From Candidatus Woesearchaeota archaeon (GTDB taxonomy: Archaea; Nanobdellota; Nanobdellia; Woesearchaeales; ARS49), in NCBI GenBank assembly GCA_030750765.1, contig JASMHM010000001.1:334696-398695 (forward strand): DNA of 64,000 nucleotides, written 5' to 3'. The notes beneath the pieces are model-generated. The model saw only the letters and a list, made by a program, of their open reading frames with translations, ran no database searches and was not told where the DNA came from. A program made the position numbers and the translations under genes. Below are positions 37,276 to 47,285 of the stretch, piece after piece. Numbering within the stretch: position 1 is the stretch's first letter; each line of letters starts with the position of its first letter.

Positions 37276-37638
37276 CTACCAGCTAATCGCTATAACACCG
37301 TTGATGATGAGTGCTATGCCGATCCACTTAGTGATGTTCATTTTCTCTCCTAACAGTTTGGGGCTGAGCATGCACACCCAGACGTTTGCCAGGCTCGTCA
37401 CCGGGTACAACACAGAAACGTCACCGTGTTGTAACGCTAAGATAAAAGGAACCGTGCTTAACCCGTATAAAGCGCAGCCGCCAATCAAATAGTAGTTCTG
37501 GATGAGCTTGAGAGGTTGCAAGGATAGCTCCTTGCTGCCTTTCTTTAAGCAAATAGCACCAAACGTTCCGATAAGTGTTCCTAAAATTACCAATCCTATG
37601 GCGTAGAGGCTAGTCACGTTGACCTCCCTTGCCCACAA
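37276..37638 (-). CDS. SMR/EamA-like 4-TM small membrane transporter subunit
   Basis: 120 aa with four hydrophobic helices. Paired with the adjacent paralog. Confidence 0.55.
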   Translation of the reverse strand: MWAREVNVTSLYAIGLVILGTLIGTFGAICLKKGSKELSLQPLKLIQNYYLIGGCALYGLSTVPFILALQHGDVSVLYPVTSLANVWVCMLSPKLLGEKMNITKWIGIALIINGVIAISW

Positions 37639-37984
37639 AGGCGAGACCGGCGATGATGCTTGCTATGCCGACCCATTTGGTAACCGTTAGTGGCTCTTGG
37701 AAGAGAAAGAAGGCCAAGATATTTACCCAGATGTAACTCGTGGCAATAACCGGGTACAAAAGCGTTAGCTCTCCTCCGGTTAATGCATAGATAAGTATGG
37801 CTGCTCCTAATCCGTACATGGCCAACCCTACCGGGATGTGCCATGACAGTGTGGGTAAGAGGTCTGCTCCTGTTTTCCAGAAGATCTGCGCAGTACTTGT
37901 TACAAAAGTGCACAGAATAACAAGGCCTACTGCTTGGAGTTTACTCGGAGTCCTCATCCTTCGTAAACGCCTCCATGAACGCAC
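37610..37984 (-). CDS. SMR/EamA-like 4-TM small membrane transporter subunit
   Basis: 124 aa with four helices. Overlaps its paralog by 29 nt. Confidence 0.55.
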   Translation of the reverse strand: MRSWRRLRRMRTPSKLQAVGLVILCTFVTSTAQIFWKTGADLLPTLSWHIPVGLAMYGLGAAILIYALTGGELTLLYPVIATSYIWVNILAFFLFQEPLTVTKWVGIASIIAGLAFVGKGGQRD

Positions 37985-39653
37985 CGAATGCAGGTCTGGT
38001 GATTAGTACTCCTGCGCTCACGCCCAGGATGGTGGTGACAGCAAAGCCTTTGAGCATGCCTGCGCCTGCATACCACAAGGGTACCATGGCAACTAAAGTT
38101 GCAAAGTATGCTACAAAGATGATGAAGAATGCGTTTTTGAGGCGTTGCTTCCAGCTGGTTGCGTAGGAATTCTTTCCTCGCAGAACTTCGTCAATAATAA
38201 CAATCTGGTCGTCCACGCCGGTCCCTATAACGGCTATGATTCCTGCTACTGCCGCAAGATCGATGTTCCAGCCGATCAAGCTTGCGATGCCTAGCGTGAT
38301 GAGTATTTCAGATAGTGCGGTGATGATGACAGGTACCGCAATAACTATTCTTCTGTACACAACTCCCAGTACGATGATGACGGCTAGTAAGGATATGAGT
38401 GCCACCATGATTGCGTTCTTTGCAAAGGCAGCCCCCAGTAGTGGACTAATTGTGTCGATGCGCTCGATCCTCATCTTTGCTGGCAAACTTCCGGTAATCA
38501 GGATGGTTTGTAATCTTTTCATGTTTTGCAAGGTGTTGTCCACTGCTGCTTGCATGGTGACTCCTTGTCCACTGCCGCTGATGCTGATGTCAGTAGTGGG
38601 TCTACCACGTAGACCTGCGCTAATCTCTAGACGATCAACCTCTGCGTCGTCTAGGTAGAGTATGATGGGTTCGGAAAGGTATCTGCCGCCGCCATCTCGC
38701 ACCACTTCTTCCAAGTCTCTGGTGGCTGCTGCAAATCCTTTGGCTGCTGCCGCACTTAGACTTGTCTGGAAGGAAAAGCCGCAGGAGAATCCTCCGTCTA
38801 ACTGTCCACATGGTGAGTTGGGATCGATGCCCGAACATTGCGCAGTTCTGCAAACATAGGTGATGTCATCTCCGCCTTTGAAGACGGTGGTGTTGCTTAC
38901 TTTGGCTTCGAACTTTCCTTGTTTGCCTAGTAATTCTTTGACCTCTTCGTCTGTGACGCCAGCCATCTCGATAAGGATTAGCGTCTCTTGCTCTACTCCT
39001 GGAATGGGAAGGCCGCTTGTTACAGGTGCGATGGTGACGTCCGCTAGTCCGTAGACGTTCAATCGTTCTTGTAAGTTATCTATAATAGCAAGCATGATGT
39101 CTTCGTCAACTTCTTCTGCAGGAGCCATCAACACTCGGGTGCCTCCTTGGAGGTCCAACCCTTTACGGATGTTGTTCTTAGGAGCTTCTATCGCTCTAAC
39201 ACCCAAATCCTCTACTCCTAAGTGTTCTGTTCTTGTTTTCTGTACTGTCTTGGGAATGCTGACGTTTGTTCCGTTGCGTTCTTCGGTAACGAATATTGTT
39301 TCTGTTTGGTTGAGGGCAATCTCTGCCACCAACGGCCGTACGCGTAGCGTGTACGTTTGTTTGTTTGTTCGTATGCTCAAGGTCTGGTTGACAGAAAGAT
39401 CCCCTACCTCGGTGTAGTATGCTTCCAGGTCTTTTACAGTGACTCCGTTCACATGCGTTATGAGCTCTTTGGATCTTGGTTGGGTTCCCAGCTTGGGGCT
39501 CTGCATGCCTGCAGCTGCAGCACTGCTGTTCTTGGTGATGGCAGTGATGGCCACTCCTTCTGGGCTGCCGGGCTGGATTATCCAGACACTGCACACTAAG
39601 AAGAATATGAGGACGAGCACTCTTGGCTTCATGATGAGACTCTTAAGATTCAT
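37941..39653 (-). CDS. secD: protein-export membrane protein SecD
   Basis: Large periplasmic-type domain followed by six C-terminal TM helices (RND-like SecD/SecF core). Immediately upstream of secF with an 11 nt overlap. Confidence 0.75.
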   Translation of the reverse strand: MNLKSLIMKPRVLVLIFFLVCSVWIIQPGSPEGVAITAITKNSSAAAAGMQSPKLGTQPRSKELITHVNGVTVKDLEAYYTEVGDLSVNQTLSIRTNKQTYTLRVRPLVAEIALNQTETIFVTEERNGTNVSIPKTVQKTRTEHLGVEDLGVRAIEAPKNNIRKGLDLQGGTRVLMAPAEEVDEDIMLAIIDNLQERLNVYGLADVTIAPVTSGLPIPGVEQETLILIEMAGVTDEEVKELLGKQGKFEAKVSNTTVFKGGDDITYVCRTAQCSGIDPNSPCGQLDGGFSCGFSFQTSLSAAAAKGFAAATRDLEEVVRDGGGRYLSEPIILYLDDAEVDRLEISAGLRGRPTTDISISGSGQGVTMQAAVDNTLQNMKRLQTILITGSLPAKMRIERIDTISPLLGAAFAKNAIMVALISLLAVIIVLGVVYRRIVIAVPVIITALSEILITLGIASLIGWNIDLAAVAGIIAVIGTGVDDQIVIIDEVLRGKNSYATSWKQRLKNAFFIIFVAYFATLVAMVPLWYAGAGMLKGFAVTTILGVSAGVLITRPAFGAFMEAFTKDEDSE

Positions 39654-40518
39654 CTTTATGCTTCCTCTCTAGATACAAACGAAGTATGGTTGCATTCTGC
39701 AACCACGTATAGATAATGTCAAAGATAAGTCCGATGCTGATGACCAGCATGATCTGCTGTATGGTGTCGCTGCTGGAAAAGAAGTATGCCGCAAGCACGG
39801 CAGCTAATGACGTAAGACTCATCGTGAGTCCTGTTCTTGCTGCGTTGCCAATGCGTTCTTTAACCGTACCTTCTTTTCTTTTCAGCACTCTTGTAGTGAG
39901 TAAGATGTCTGTGTCTACTGAGTAACCAATCAACATCAGGAAGGCTGCGATGCCTGCTGTGCTAAGCTGGACTCCTAAAAAGCTGATTACGGCTAGCGTG
40001 CTAATAATGTCGGATGCTGCTGCAAGGATGACAAAGCTTGAGGCAACAACGTTTCTGAATGTGATGAATACCACCAGACTCATACCGATGAAGGCTACAA
40101 GGATCGCGATGAGTGTTTGTTGGTAGAACTTCTCTCCTAAGGTGCTGCCTAAGAATTCTGTGGTGTACGTGCCTTGTGCAGCCGTAACACCTGTAGCACG
40201 TATTTGGTCAAGCATGGAATCTTCTTCTTCTGATACGGACTCGAAAACGATGGCCCTTTGCTTGCCTCGTTCTTCTAGGGCGCGTACGTTAAACTCAGGT
40301 AGCGCGTTAGATAAGGCTTGGATGTCGTATTGCTTGTCTGCAAGCACTGTAATTGTCATGCCCCCCTTCAAAGAGACGCTTTGTTCGGCGAATTCTCCTG
40401 TTCTTGCATAGGTAACGCCAAGATAGAGTATGGATGTGAGTAGTATGACTATGCTGAGCACTAGCAGCTTTTTGTAGTTAGCGTGATAGAAAGTTGCTAT
40501 CATCTCCACACAAAACAA
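39643..40518 (-). CDS. secF: protein-export membrane protein SecF
   Basis: N-terminal TM, a small extracytoplasmic domain, and C-terminal TM helices similar to SecD. Confidence 0.75.
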   Translation of the reverse strand: MFCVEMIATFYHANYKKLLVLSIVILLTSILYLGVTYARTGEFAEQSVSLKGGMTITVLADKQYDIQALSNALPEFNVRALEERGKQRAIVFESVSEEEDSMLDQIRATGVTAAQGTYTTEFLGSTLGEKFYQQTLIAILVAFIGMSLVVFITFRNVVASSFVILAAASDIISTLAVISFLGVQLSTAGIAAFLMLIGYSVDTDILLTTRVLKRKEGTVKERIGNAARTGLTMSLTSLAAVLAAYFFSSSDTIQQIMLVISIGLIFDIIYTWLQNATILRLYLERKHKDES

Positions 40519-40536
40519 GGTAGGGGTTCTTAAAGG

Positions 40537-41514
40537 TTACCGTAGGGACGGATTCTTTTGAAAGGGATACAATACATATTTGTATTCCTTGAAGTTGGGA
40601 AGGAGCTCTGAGCCCAGAAATGCAGGCCCTAACAGTGAACGGAGACCCTGGATGAACTTTTGGAGTTCTTGTTGTTCCTCCACCTCAATGATGAGCTCAT
40701 AATCCCACTTACCCACGGTTTTAATCAGTATGGAAACGTTTTTGCTTTGCTGGCAATACACTTTGAGTTTGCGTTCGTCACTGGCAGTAAGATGGCTCGT
40801 GCTTAACAGAACGTTGAAAATAGATCTACCATAACTAATAGGACTTATCCAGGCAAAAAAACCATTGATGATGCCCAATGCTTGCAGAGCACGAATTCTC
40901 GAAGAGAGTGTGGAAATCGGAATCTTTGTCTTCTTTCCTAGCTCGGTCAGCGGCAGACGCGCATCTTGACTAAGATGGGTAAGAATCTTGTGGTCTATTT
41001 CGTCAAGAGATTCGTGGCTCACCGTTCCTCCAAATCCCGGAAGGGTAGATGCGGGGGTCTTGCCGAGATATGCTCGCGGAAAGTGACTCAATCCCACACG
41101 AGGGATGACTGTTTTTTCAACAATGAAAGCGGCAATCGGGTTTAGTAGGGCAGACATCATCGAATCTAAATGGTGCATATCGTACGCGAGAATGCTAATA
41201 ATAAAGTCATACGTTCCCCCATGTCTACCAAAGTATTGAACGTGATCGTGCTTTTTTACGCGGGCGATAAACTCCGCCTCTTGCTGAGGAGGCATATCCG
41301 CAGTGGTTATGTACAGCCCGTAGTCAGTGAAACCTAGGCGTGCGCAATCAACAAAGGTTAGCAGTGCGTGGATTACTTCCTTCTTCTGCAAGAGGTCCAG
41401 GCGGTACTTTACATTATCACTGCTACAACCTATTTTCTTACCCAACGACTTAAGCGAGGCGCGAGCATCCTGCTCCAACTCAAGAAGTAACTTCCTGTCC
41501 TTGATAGATAACAT
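40537..41514 (-). CDS. tandem-duplicated Lrp/AsnC-family transcriptional regulator
   Basis: Two HTH_AsnC-like N-terminal modules (DRKLLLELEQDARASLKSLGKKIG and DHKILTHLSQDARLPLTELGKKT), each followed by an RAM-like domain. Confidence 0.65.
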   Translation of the reverse strand: MLSIKDRKLLLELEQDARASLKSLGKKIGCSSDNVKYRLDLLQKKEVIHALLTFVDCARLGFTDYGLYITTADMPPQQEAEFIARVKKHDHVQYFGRHGGTYDFIISILAYDMHHLDSMMSALLNPIAAFIVEKTVIPRVGLSHFPRAYLGKTPASTLPGFGGTVSHESLDEIDHKILTHLSQDARLPLTELGKKTKIPISTLSSRIRALQALGIINGFFAWISPISYGRSIFNVLLSTSHLTASDERKLKVYCQQSKNVSILIKTVGKWDYELIIEVEEQQELQKFIQGLRSLLGPAFLGSELLPNFKEYKYVLYPFQKNPSLR

Positions 41515-41606
41515 ATGCGTATAAATGCAGTATTCTTTAATAATATTGCTAAAAAGCGTAACATTCGAGGAAAAGTTACTTTATTACCATTCATCTATAA
41601 GTTCTC

Positions 41607-42662
41607 ATGAGAAAAATACTGCTCTTGTTGTTGATGTTGGGATGCTCCACTGAGCCGGCAATAGAGATTGGTGTAGCCGTGGAATTGTCAGGGTTCGGTT
41701 CTTTCAGTGGCGAACGAATAGTCAGAGGGGCAGAACTTGCCCTGGAAGAGATCAACAACCAAGGCGGCATACACGGCGTACCACTTAAACTGGTGATCGA
41801 AGACACACGCACTAGCCCTTCGGAAGCGGCAAAGGTTTTTCACAAGATAAGTTCGCAAAACATTCCTGTAGTTATAAGCGGATGGACCGCTCAGAGCTCC
41901 GCCACGGCGCCCATCGCAGAATCCACGGAGACGGTATTGATCTCTGCTAGCGGAGGTGGAGAGGGAGGCGGCAGTCTAGGAAGATTTGTCTTCAGAACAT
42001 GGCCAGTGGATGCCCGAGAGGCAGCTGCAGCAGCCAAGTACATGCACAACCATGGAGCCAAGAAGGCAGCGGTTGTATACACCCAGGGTGTTTGGGAAGA
42101 GGGCATTCGCAAGGGCTTTGTTGATGCCTTCCCAGGAACAATCGTGGGCCAGTACACACAGACCGATCGTGTTGACTGGCGGACAGTCATCGCAAGAATC
42201 AAGGAACAGGCTCCTGAAGCCATATACCTGGCCATTGATGGCAATGCGATCCCCTCCTTCCTCAGACAGGCAAAAGAAGTAAACCTTCCCGCTCAGATCA
42301 TTGGAACTAGCTGGACAGACGACCCCGCAATCGTCAAGTCTTCAGGGGACGCACTAGAGGGTGTGATGTTTTCGCAGTACGCAGAGCCTTCAATTGCATT
42401 TGTTGCGTCGTACTCAAAAAAGTATGACATCGAACCCGCAACACCTGCAGATGTAGCCTATGACACGATCCACATACTCGCCAAAGTGATGAGCGACCAT
42501 GGAACAACGGCAGACGCCATCCGAAGTGGCCTGGCAGATGTCGAACACCATGGCGCCTCAGGAATCATTTCGTTTGACAAGCATGGTGACAGAATGAGCA
42601 GACCCATATCCGTCCACCAGTTTGTAAACGGAACACCGGTTAAACTTGCAGAGGACCTATAA
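41607..42662 (+). CDS. ABC transporter substrate-binding lipoprotein (type I periplasmic-binding fold, Liv/branched-chain amino-acid-like)
   Basis: Lipobox LLMLGC. PBP1-like sequence throughout. Confidence 0.7.
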   Translation: MRKILLLLLMLGCSTEPAIEIGVAVELSGFGSFSGERIVRGAELALEEINNQGGIHGVPLKLVIEDTRTSPSEAAKVFHKISSQNIPVVISGWTAQSSATAPIAESTETVLISASGGGEGGGSLGRFVFRTWPVDAREAAAAAKYMHNHGAKKAAVVYTQGVWEEGIRKGFVDAFPGTIVGQYTQTDRVDWRTVIARIKEQAPEAIYLAIDGNAIPSFLRQAKEVNLPAQIIGTSWTDDPAIVKSSGDALEGVMFSQYAEPSIAFVASYSKKYDIEPATPADVAYDTIHILAKVMSDHGTTADAIRSGLADVEHHGASGIISFDKHGDRMSRPISVHQFVNGTPVKLAEDL

Positions 42663-43181
42663 CATACGCAGCAAAGCACTCAGCACATGGCTACCATCAA
42701 AGCCAGGTATAGGTATCATGTTCAGCACGAACAAGAAGCCATTAACCTTCTTGGTAAGGGTCAACAACATGTAGTGCTTGCTTATGTGGGATTGCCCCAC
42801 ACTCTTCTTGAGCATGTGGCTGCTCACAAGGTAGAGAATGCCGTTTGTTGCCGGACCGGCCACTGAAATGACTAAGTTTTGCCAGGGCGCCATACTTCCT
42901 GCGATGCTGGCAAAGCCAGGAACAAAGAATACGAAAGGACTGCCTATGGCACGTAGCGCGATGCCTAGTCCTAGACCAAACATGCTAGCGTGGATGGTTG
43001 CTTGCAAGCCTACGAGGATAGCGACGAACTTGTGGGCTAGCTCATGACACACAATGGCAGGCCCTGTAACCATCATCATGGTCTTGTATGCAGGCCAGGT
43101 ACGTTCTGGTAAGAAGATGTAGCCCGTGGCTAGCACCATGATGATGATATCGATGATCTCAGCGATGGAAATGAGCGCCAT
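42657..43181 (-). CDS. site-2 protease family (M50) intramembrane metalloprotease
   Basis: HELAHKF (HExxH) in a TM helix. Multi-TM, 174 aa. Confidence 0.65.
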   Translation of the reverse strand: MALISIAEIIDIIIMVLATGYIFLPERTWPAYKTMMMVTGPAIVCHELAHKFVAILVGLQATIHASMFGLGLGIALRAIGSPFVFFVPGFASIAGSMAPWQNLVISVAGPATNGILYLVSSHMLKKSVGQSHISKHYMLLTLTKKVNGFLFVLNMIPIPGFDGSHVLSALLRML

Positions 43182-43235
43182 TATAGCATGAAAAGTAGGT
43201 TGTTAATATAGTTTTGTTAGAAATGAGAAAAAAAA

Positions 43236-43261
43236 ATGCTGCCTCTAGAAGGCAGAAAAAA
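43236..43261 (-). terminator. palindromic hairpin (ctgccttctagaggcag) flanked by A/T runs
   Basis: Perfect inverted repeat immediately 3-prime of the micro-ORF stop, followed by T-run on the minus strand. Confidence 0.4.
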
Positions 43262-43366
43262 TTACTTTCGCTTTCTCTTCTTTGAAGCCTTCTTGCGCTT
43301 CTTTCCTTTCTTCTTAGAAGCTTTCTTCTTTCGGGCTTTCTTTCTAGCTTTTTTCTTTTTTGCCAT
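43262..43366 (-). CDS. ultra-lysine-rich micro-protein (34 aa: MAKKKKARKKARKKKASKKKGKKRKKASKKRKRK)
   Basis: ATG preceded by GAGGTG 6 nt upstream. Clean stop followed directly by the hairpin terminator. The 77-aa track ORF in another frame reads through the hairpin. Confidence 0.4.
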   Translation of the reverse strand: MAKKKKARKKARKKKASKKKGKKRKKASKKRKRK

Positions 43367-43422
43367 AAGCACACCTCTTGTGTCGTGAGCAACCGTTTTG
43401 GTATTTAAATCTTGTGCTTGTA

Positions 43423-44301
43423 CTAGCTTAAGAAAAAGTTTTTTACCGAGTTATCAACAAAAGAAATCAATTCGTGCTTGTTTTCATTCGTTACTGGCTT
43501 GTTGAGCTGTGCTCCTGCTGCGAAGGCGTTGCCTCCACCACCCAAAACTTCTGCTAACTTAGCCATGCTTGTGCGATTGTGCTTGGATCGCCGGAAAATA
43601 ACGCTGCCATTGCGATACAGGAGCACGACAAAGTCTGCTCCGGAGTGTTCTAGAGCGTGTTCGCCTGCGTCTGCGCTCTGCAAAAGGTTCCTGCAAACGT
43701 AGAACGCAACGTTTTGGTCAACATAATTCTTGTCTAGCTTGTGCTTTTCCATCTCTTGCAGTGCTTCCTCACGCTTTCGTATGTAATCTTGGCGTGTTCT
43801 TTCCAATTCTTTGGTCCAGAAGACACCTTGGGAGAACAGCGAGACCAATTGTTTGGGATCCATGCCTGATGCGATGACATCTGAAAGCAATTGGCTTCGA
43901 TCGTCAACATTTTTGAATAGTTCTGCGTCTCTCGCGATCTTGGATAGGCTCACGCTCACGGAATCTTGCGGCATGAATCGTTCTTGGACAAGTTCTGCAC
44001 TGCATTGACTTGGTCGATCCAAAACATCGCTCATGGCACTTACTTCCTTTACAACATCATCGAACTTTGTTTTTTGGTGATAGCACCAGTATGCTATCTT
44101 GTTGTTCTTCGCTAGCTCTCTTACCGACTCTTCGCTTTCTGGTACTATGTCGAGTAAGAATAACACACTTTGTCGTACTGGTTCGAGTCCGTTTTGGAGA
44201 ATATGCAGCCGTATATCTTTCTGGCGGAGCCGCGCGTGCCTCATCAGTATGGCCGCGCTTGCCAAGCCGTCTAATCTGCTCGGAGCAAAAGCCACATACA
44301 T
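43423..44301 (-). CDS. degenerate DHH/DHHA1-family protein
   Basis: C-terminal GGGGNAFAAGAQ resembles the DHHA1 GGGHxxAAG motif. N-terminal SRLDGLASAAIL resembles DHH motif II. No intact DHH or DxD catalytic motifs. Confidence 0.45.
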   Translation of the reverse strand: MYVAFAPSRLDGLASAAILMRHARLRQKDIRLHILQNGLEPVRQSVLFLLDIVPESEESVRELAKNNKIAYWCYHQKTKFDDVVKEVSAMSDVLDRPSQCSAELVQERFMPQDSVSVSLSKIARDAELFKNVDDRSQLLSDVIASGMDPKQLVSLFSQGVFWTKELERTRQDYIRKREEALQEMEKHKLDKNYVDQNVAFYVCRNLLQSADAGEHALEHSGADFVVLLYRNGSVIFRRSKHNRTSMAKLAEVLGGGGNAFAAGAQLNKPVTNENKHELISFVDNSVKNFFLS

Positions 44302-44345
44302 TGCGTAGGAGTTAAGGAGGGAGAGTATAATAAATTGAGGGTAAA

Positions 44346-44945
44346 TCAGAGTTTGCTGATGTAAATTCTATATCCTGACTGGCGGCCCACAACACCAACA
44401 TTACCAAAGGCTGCTTCCATGATGGCTTCGTAGCTCTTCCCACCTTTGCTGTGGCGGGCAACGATTTGCAAGTTTCCTTTAGGGTTAAGATGTTCTTTGG
44501 CTTCTTCCAAGAGTTTCTTGCATAACGCTTTTCCTGCTGCTTGCGGCGGGTTGAAAAGGATGACATCGAACTTTCCTAGCTTCCCATAGCCGTCTGCTTG
44601 CTGTGCGGTGACCTCTACCTTGTTTCGCTTTGCGTTTTGTTTAGCAAGACCCACGGCACGATCGTTGATGTCGGTTAAGGTTACTTTCGTTTTGGGAAAC
44701 GCTTTCTTTATTGCTATACCCACAGGACCGTAGCCGCAACCAAGATCGAGAACAGAAGAATCATCATCCATCTCGCACTCGTTCACTAAGAGTGCGCTTC
44801 CAGGATCTACTCGTTTGGGAGAGAAGACGCTGCTTCCAGTAACAAAAGTAAGCTCGTTGCCTCGCAACGTAGAAGCTATGGCACGCTTGTTGATCTTGCT
44901 TACGGGTTTTTTTACAAAATACGTCATTCTATAATGCCATACCAC
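44346..44945 (-). CDS. small-domain class I methyltransferase (RsmC/MJ0882-like)
   Basis: VLDLGCGYGPVG motif I and FNPPQAAG motif IV (NPPx). ~200 aa, like M. jannaschii MJ0882. Confidence 0.65.
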   Translation of the reverse strand: MVWHYRMTYFVKKPVSKINKRAIASTLRGNELTFVTGSSVFSPKRVDPGSALLVNECEMDDDSSVLDLGCGYGPVGIAIKKAFPKTKVTLTDINDRAVGLAKQNAKRNKVEVTAQQADGYGKLGKFDVILFNPPQAAGKALCKKLLEEAKEHLNPKGNLQIVARHSKGGKSYEAIMEAAFGNVGVVGRQSGYRIYISKL

Positions 44946-45511
44946 GCGTACAACAATCGAGAGACTGCCTTACCCAACTCTTCTCCAGGGCCCTGTAGGG
45001 TGACGCACTCAGGCGTCGTGATGGTGATGGCAGGTTCATCCGCCTGTAGGACCTTGATCACGCTCTTTCCTTCTTCACAGCCCATGACCGGCCTTCCTTC
45101 GCAACCTGTTACGTTTGTGATGCATGCGTTGATCACATTCTTGTTCAACACTTGGTACAGATTGAAGTTGAGGTCTGCGCTTGCCACTGCTAGATGCTTC
45201 ATCTCTTCTGGACTTGCGTCTAGAGCGAAAGTGATATAGACCTCTTTACGTGCAGAAAACTCTTCACTAGGTTGGTAGCCAGTTATCTTTATGTCATCAA
45301 CATCTGCAGGATGGTACTTGAAAGCTATGTCATACAGATTAGGACCTTCCTGCCAGTTGGTGTGCCAGAATCCATCAATAAGTATGAACTCCCACAAGCC
45401 ATAGTTGTTTTCGGGTGGTTGTGGTGGCGTTACAACGCTAAACGTGAAGATAGCGATGAGAAAGCACACGAAAGCCACGGCCAGAATGGTTACAACGATT
45501 TGTTTGCTCAT
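44924..45511 (-). CDS. N-terminally membrane-anchored hypothetical protein (paralog A)
   Basis: Signal-anchor MSKQIVVTILAVAFVCFLIAIF. C-terminus ...YAWYGIIE shared with the paralog. Confidence 0.45.
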   Translation of the reverse strand: MSKQIVVTILAVAFVCFLIAIFTFSVVTPPQPPENNYGLWEFILIDGFWHTNWQEGPNLYDIAFKYHPADVDDIKITGYQPSEEFSARKEVYITFALDASPEEMKHLAVASADLNFNLYQVLNKNVINACITNVTGCEGRPVMGCEEGKSVIKVLQADEPAITITTPECVTLQGPGEELGKAVSRLLYAWYGIIE

Positions 45512-46050
45512 TCGATAACTCCCAGCATCGTGTAGAGTAGTGCTTCTGCTTGCGTTGCAAAGCCGTACGCATCAAAGCCGGTTATGGTTAGACAATTATC
45601 GATATAGGTTGAGGTGGCGTTCTCTGCTTGGTCAAACACAACCACCGGAGAGCTTGATGTGGCGTTCGCACACGTAAACAATGGCAGGCTTGAGCCATTA
45701 GTTACCGCTCTGATGATGAATACCGAGTCAGGCAACTTCAGCTCGAAGTCATACTGGAGTTGTGCGAAAGCAGGTGTTAGATCCACATCAGGGTTGTAGC
45801 TTACGGTCAACACCTTCTTGTCCTTGAAGGATGCTGCCTCAGGCGGCAAGCCTGTGAACGCTATGTTGCCTGGATAAAAATTAAACACCGTATTCTGCCC
45901 GTTGACCTTTGTTTGCCAACCCTGTGCTGTTTGGGTGAACTTGTACCCATTATAGGTTTGGACGCTGCCATCTCCAGTAAGCACGACACCCATACCGCCA
46001 GCTACCATGACTATGATGACAAACCACCCCATGACCTTACGCTTGTCCAT
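45508..46050 (-). CDS. N-terminally membrane-anchored hypothetical protein (paralog B)
   Basis: Signal-anchor WFVIIVMVAGGMGVVL. C-terminus ...YTMLGVIE. 4-nt overlap with paralog A. Confidence 0.45.
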   Translation of the reverse strand: MDKRKVMGWFVIIVMVAGGMGVVLTGDGSVQTYNGYKFTQTAQGWQTKVNGQNTVFNFYPGNIAFTGLPPEAASFKDKKVLTVSYNPDVDLTPAFAQLQYDFELKLPDSVFIIRAVTNGSSLPLFTCANATSSSPVVVFDQAENATSTYIDNCLTITGFDAYGFATQAEALLYTMLGVIE

Positions 46051-46100
46051 ACGCTTTTTAGAACGTCATCCTTTTAAAAGGGTTTGGTCTTGGCACATCC

Positions 46101-47285
46101 ATGCAAGTCGGCCTCGTTGGCAAACCCAGTTCGGGAAAATCAACAACGTTCAAAGCGTTGACCCTAGCAGAGGTAGAGACTGCTGCATACCCCTTTACCA
46201 CCATAGAACCCAACAAGGGCTTTGGCCATGTTCGCGTCCCTTGCGCAGAGACTGCCTTTGATACTACCTGCAACCCAAAACATGGCTATTGTGTGAAGGG
46301 AACACGATTTGTGCCAGTAGAGATGCTTGACGTTGCAGGCCTAGTGCCAGGAGCGCATGAAGGTAAGGGGTTGGGGAACAAGTTCTTGGATGATTTGCGG
46401 CAAGCAGATGCGCTAATCCATGTTATTGACGCTTCAGGAAGCACGAACGAAAAAGGAGAGGCGGTAGAAGAAGGCAGCCATGATCCACTTCAAGACGTAA
46501 TCTTCTTAGAGACCGAGATTGACCTTTGGTTCTTGAGCGTTCTCAAGAAAGGCTGGAGTAAACTAAGCCGAGAGGCGCAAGTGTCTGGTACCAAAGTGGA
46601 GGAATCTTTGGCAAAACAATTATCAGGGTTGGACGTGAAGGAAGAACACATCAAGGATGCCATTCGTGCACTTGAGTTAGATCCTGCCAAACCCGCAGAC
46701 TGGTCAGAAGACAAGTTGCTTGCGTTTGCTAAGCATCTCAGACAGCAAACAAAACCCATCGTCATCGCTGCAAACAAAATGGACCTTCCTACGTCAAAAG
46801 AAAACATCAAACGCTTGCAAGAGAAGCACAAGTTGGTAGTTCCGTGTAGTGCTGAGGCAGAGTTGACCTTGAAGTTGGCTGCAAAGCACGAACTCATTGA
46901 CTACATTCCTGGTCAGAAAACCTTTGAAGTGAAAGGAAATTTGAATGACAAACAAAAAGAAGGGTTGGACAAGGTGAAGGTATTGTTAGATGAGTACGGC
47001 AGCACAGGAGTGCAGCAAGCCATCGACACTGCAGTGTTCAAGTTGTTAGAATACATGGCCATCTTTCCTGGAGGCGTGGGAAAGTTGGAGGACAGCGATG
47101 GAAACAGGTTGCCTGACTGCTTTTTGATGAAGCCCGGCACGACTGCACTAGACTTTGCGTTCTATTTGCATACGGACTTTGGCAAGAATTTTATTCGTGC
47201 GGTAGATGTACGCACCAAAAGAACGATTGGTAAAGAACAAGCTCTAAAGCATGAAGATGTTATCGAGATCGTTAGCGGGAAATAG
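46101..47285 (+). CDS. Obg-family GTPase of the DRG type with C-terminal TGS domain
   Basis: G1 [10 protein letters not shown]3 DVAGLV, G4 NKMD. C-terminal TGS-like segment ([23 protein letters not shown]...IVS). Confidence 0.75.
   Translation: MQVGLVGKPSSGKSTTFKALTLAEVETAAYPFTTIEPNKGFGHVRVPCAETAFDTTCNPKHGYCVKGTRFVPVEMLDVAGLVPGAHEGKGLGNKFLDDLRQADALIHVIDASGSTNEKGEAVEEGSHDPLQDVIFLETEIDLWFLSVLKKGWSKLSREAQVSGTKVEESLAKQLSGLDVKEEHIKDAIRALELDPAKPADWSEDKLLAFAKHLRQQTKPIVIAANKMDLPTSKENIKRLQEKHKLVVPCSAEAELTLKLAAKHELIDYIPGQKTFEVKGNLNDKQKEGLDKVKVLLDEYGSTGVQQAIDTAVFKLLEYMAIFPGGVGKLEDSDGNRLPDCFLMKPGTTALDFAFYLHTDFGKNFIRAVDVRTKRTIGKEQALKHEDVIEIVSGK

Noticed and set aside
43159-43392. 77-aa ORF from the track across the poly-lysine region
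   Set aside because: It reads through the palindromic hairpin and T-run in a different frame. The in-frame 34-aa ORF with an SD and a clean stop before the hairpin is more plausible.
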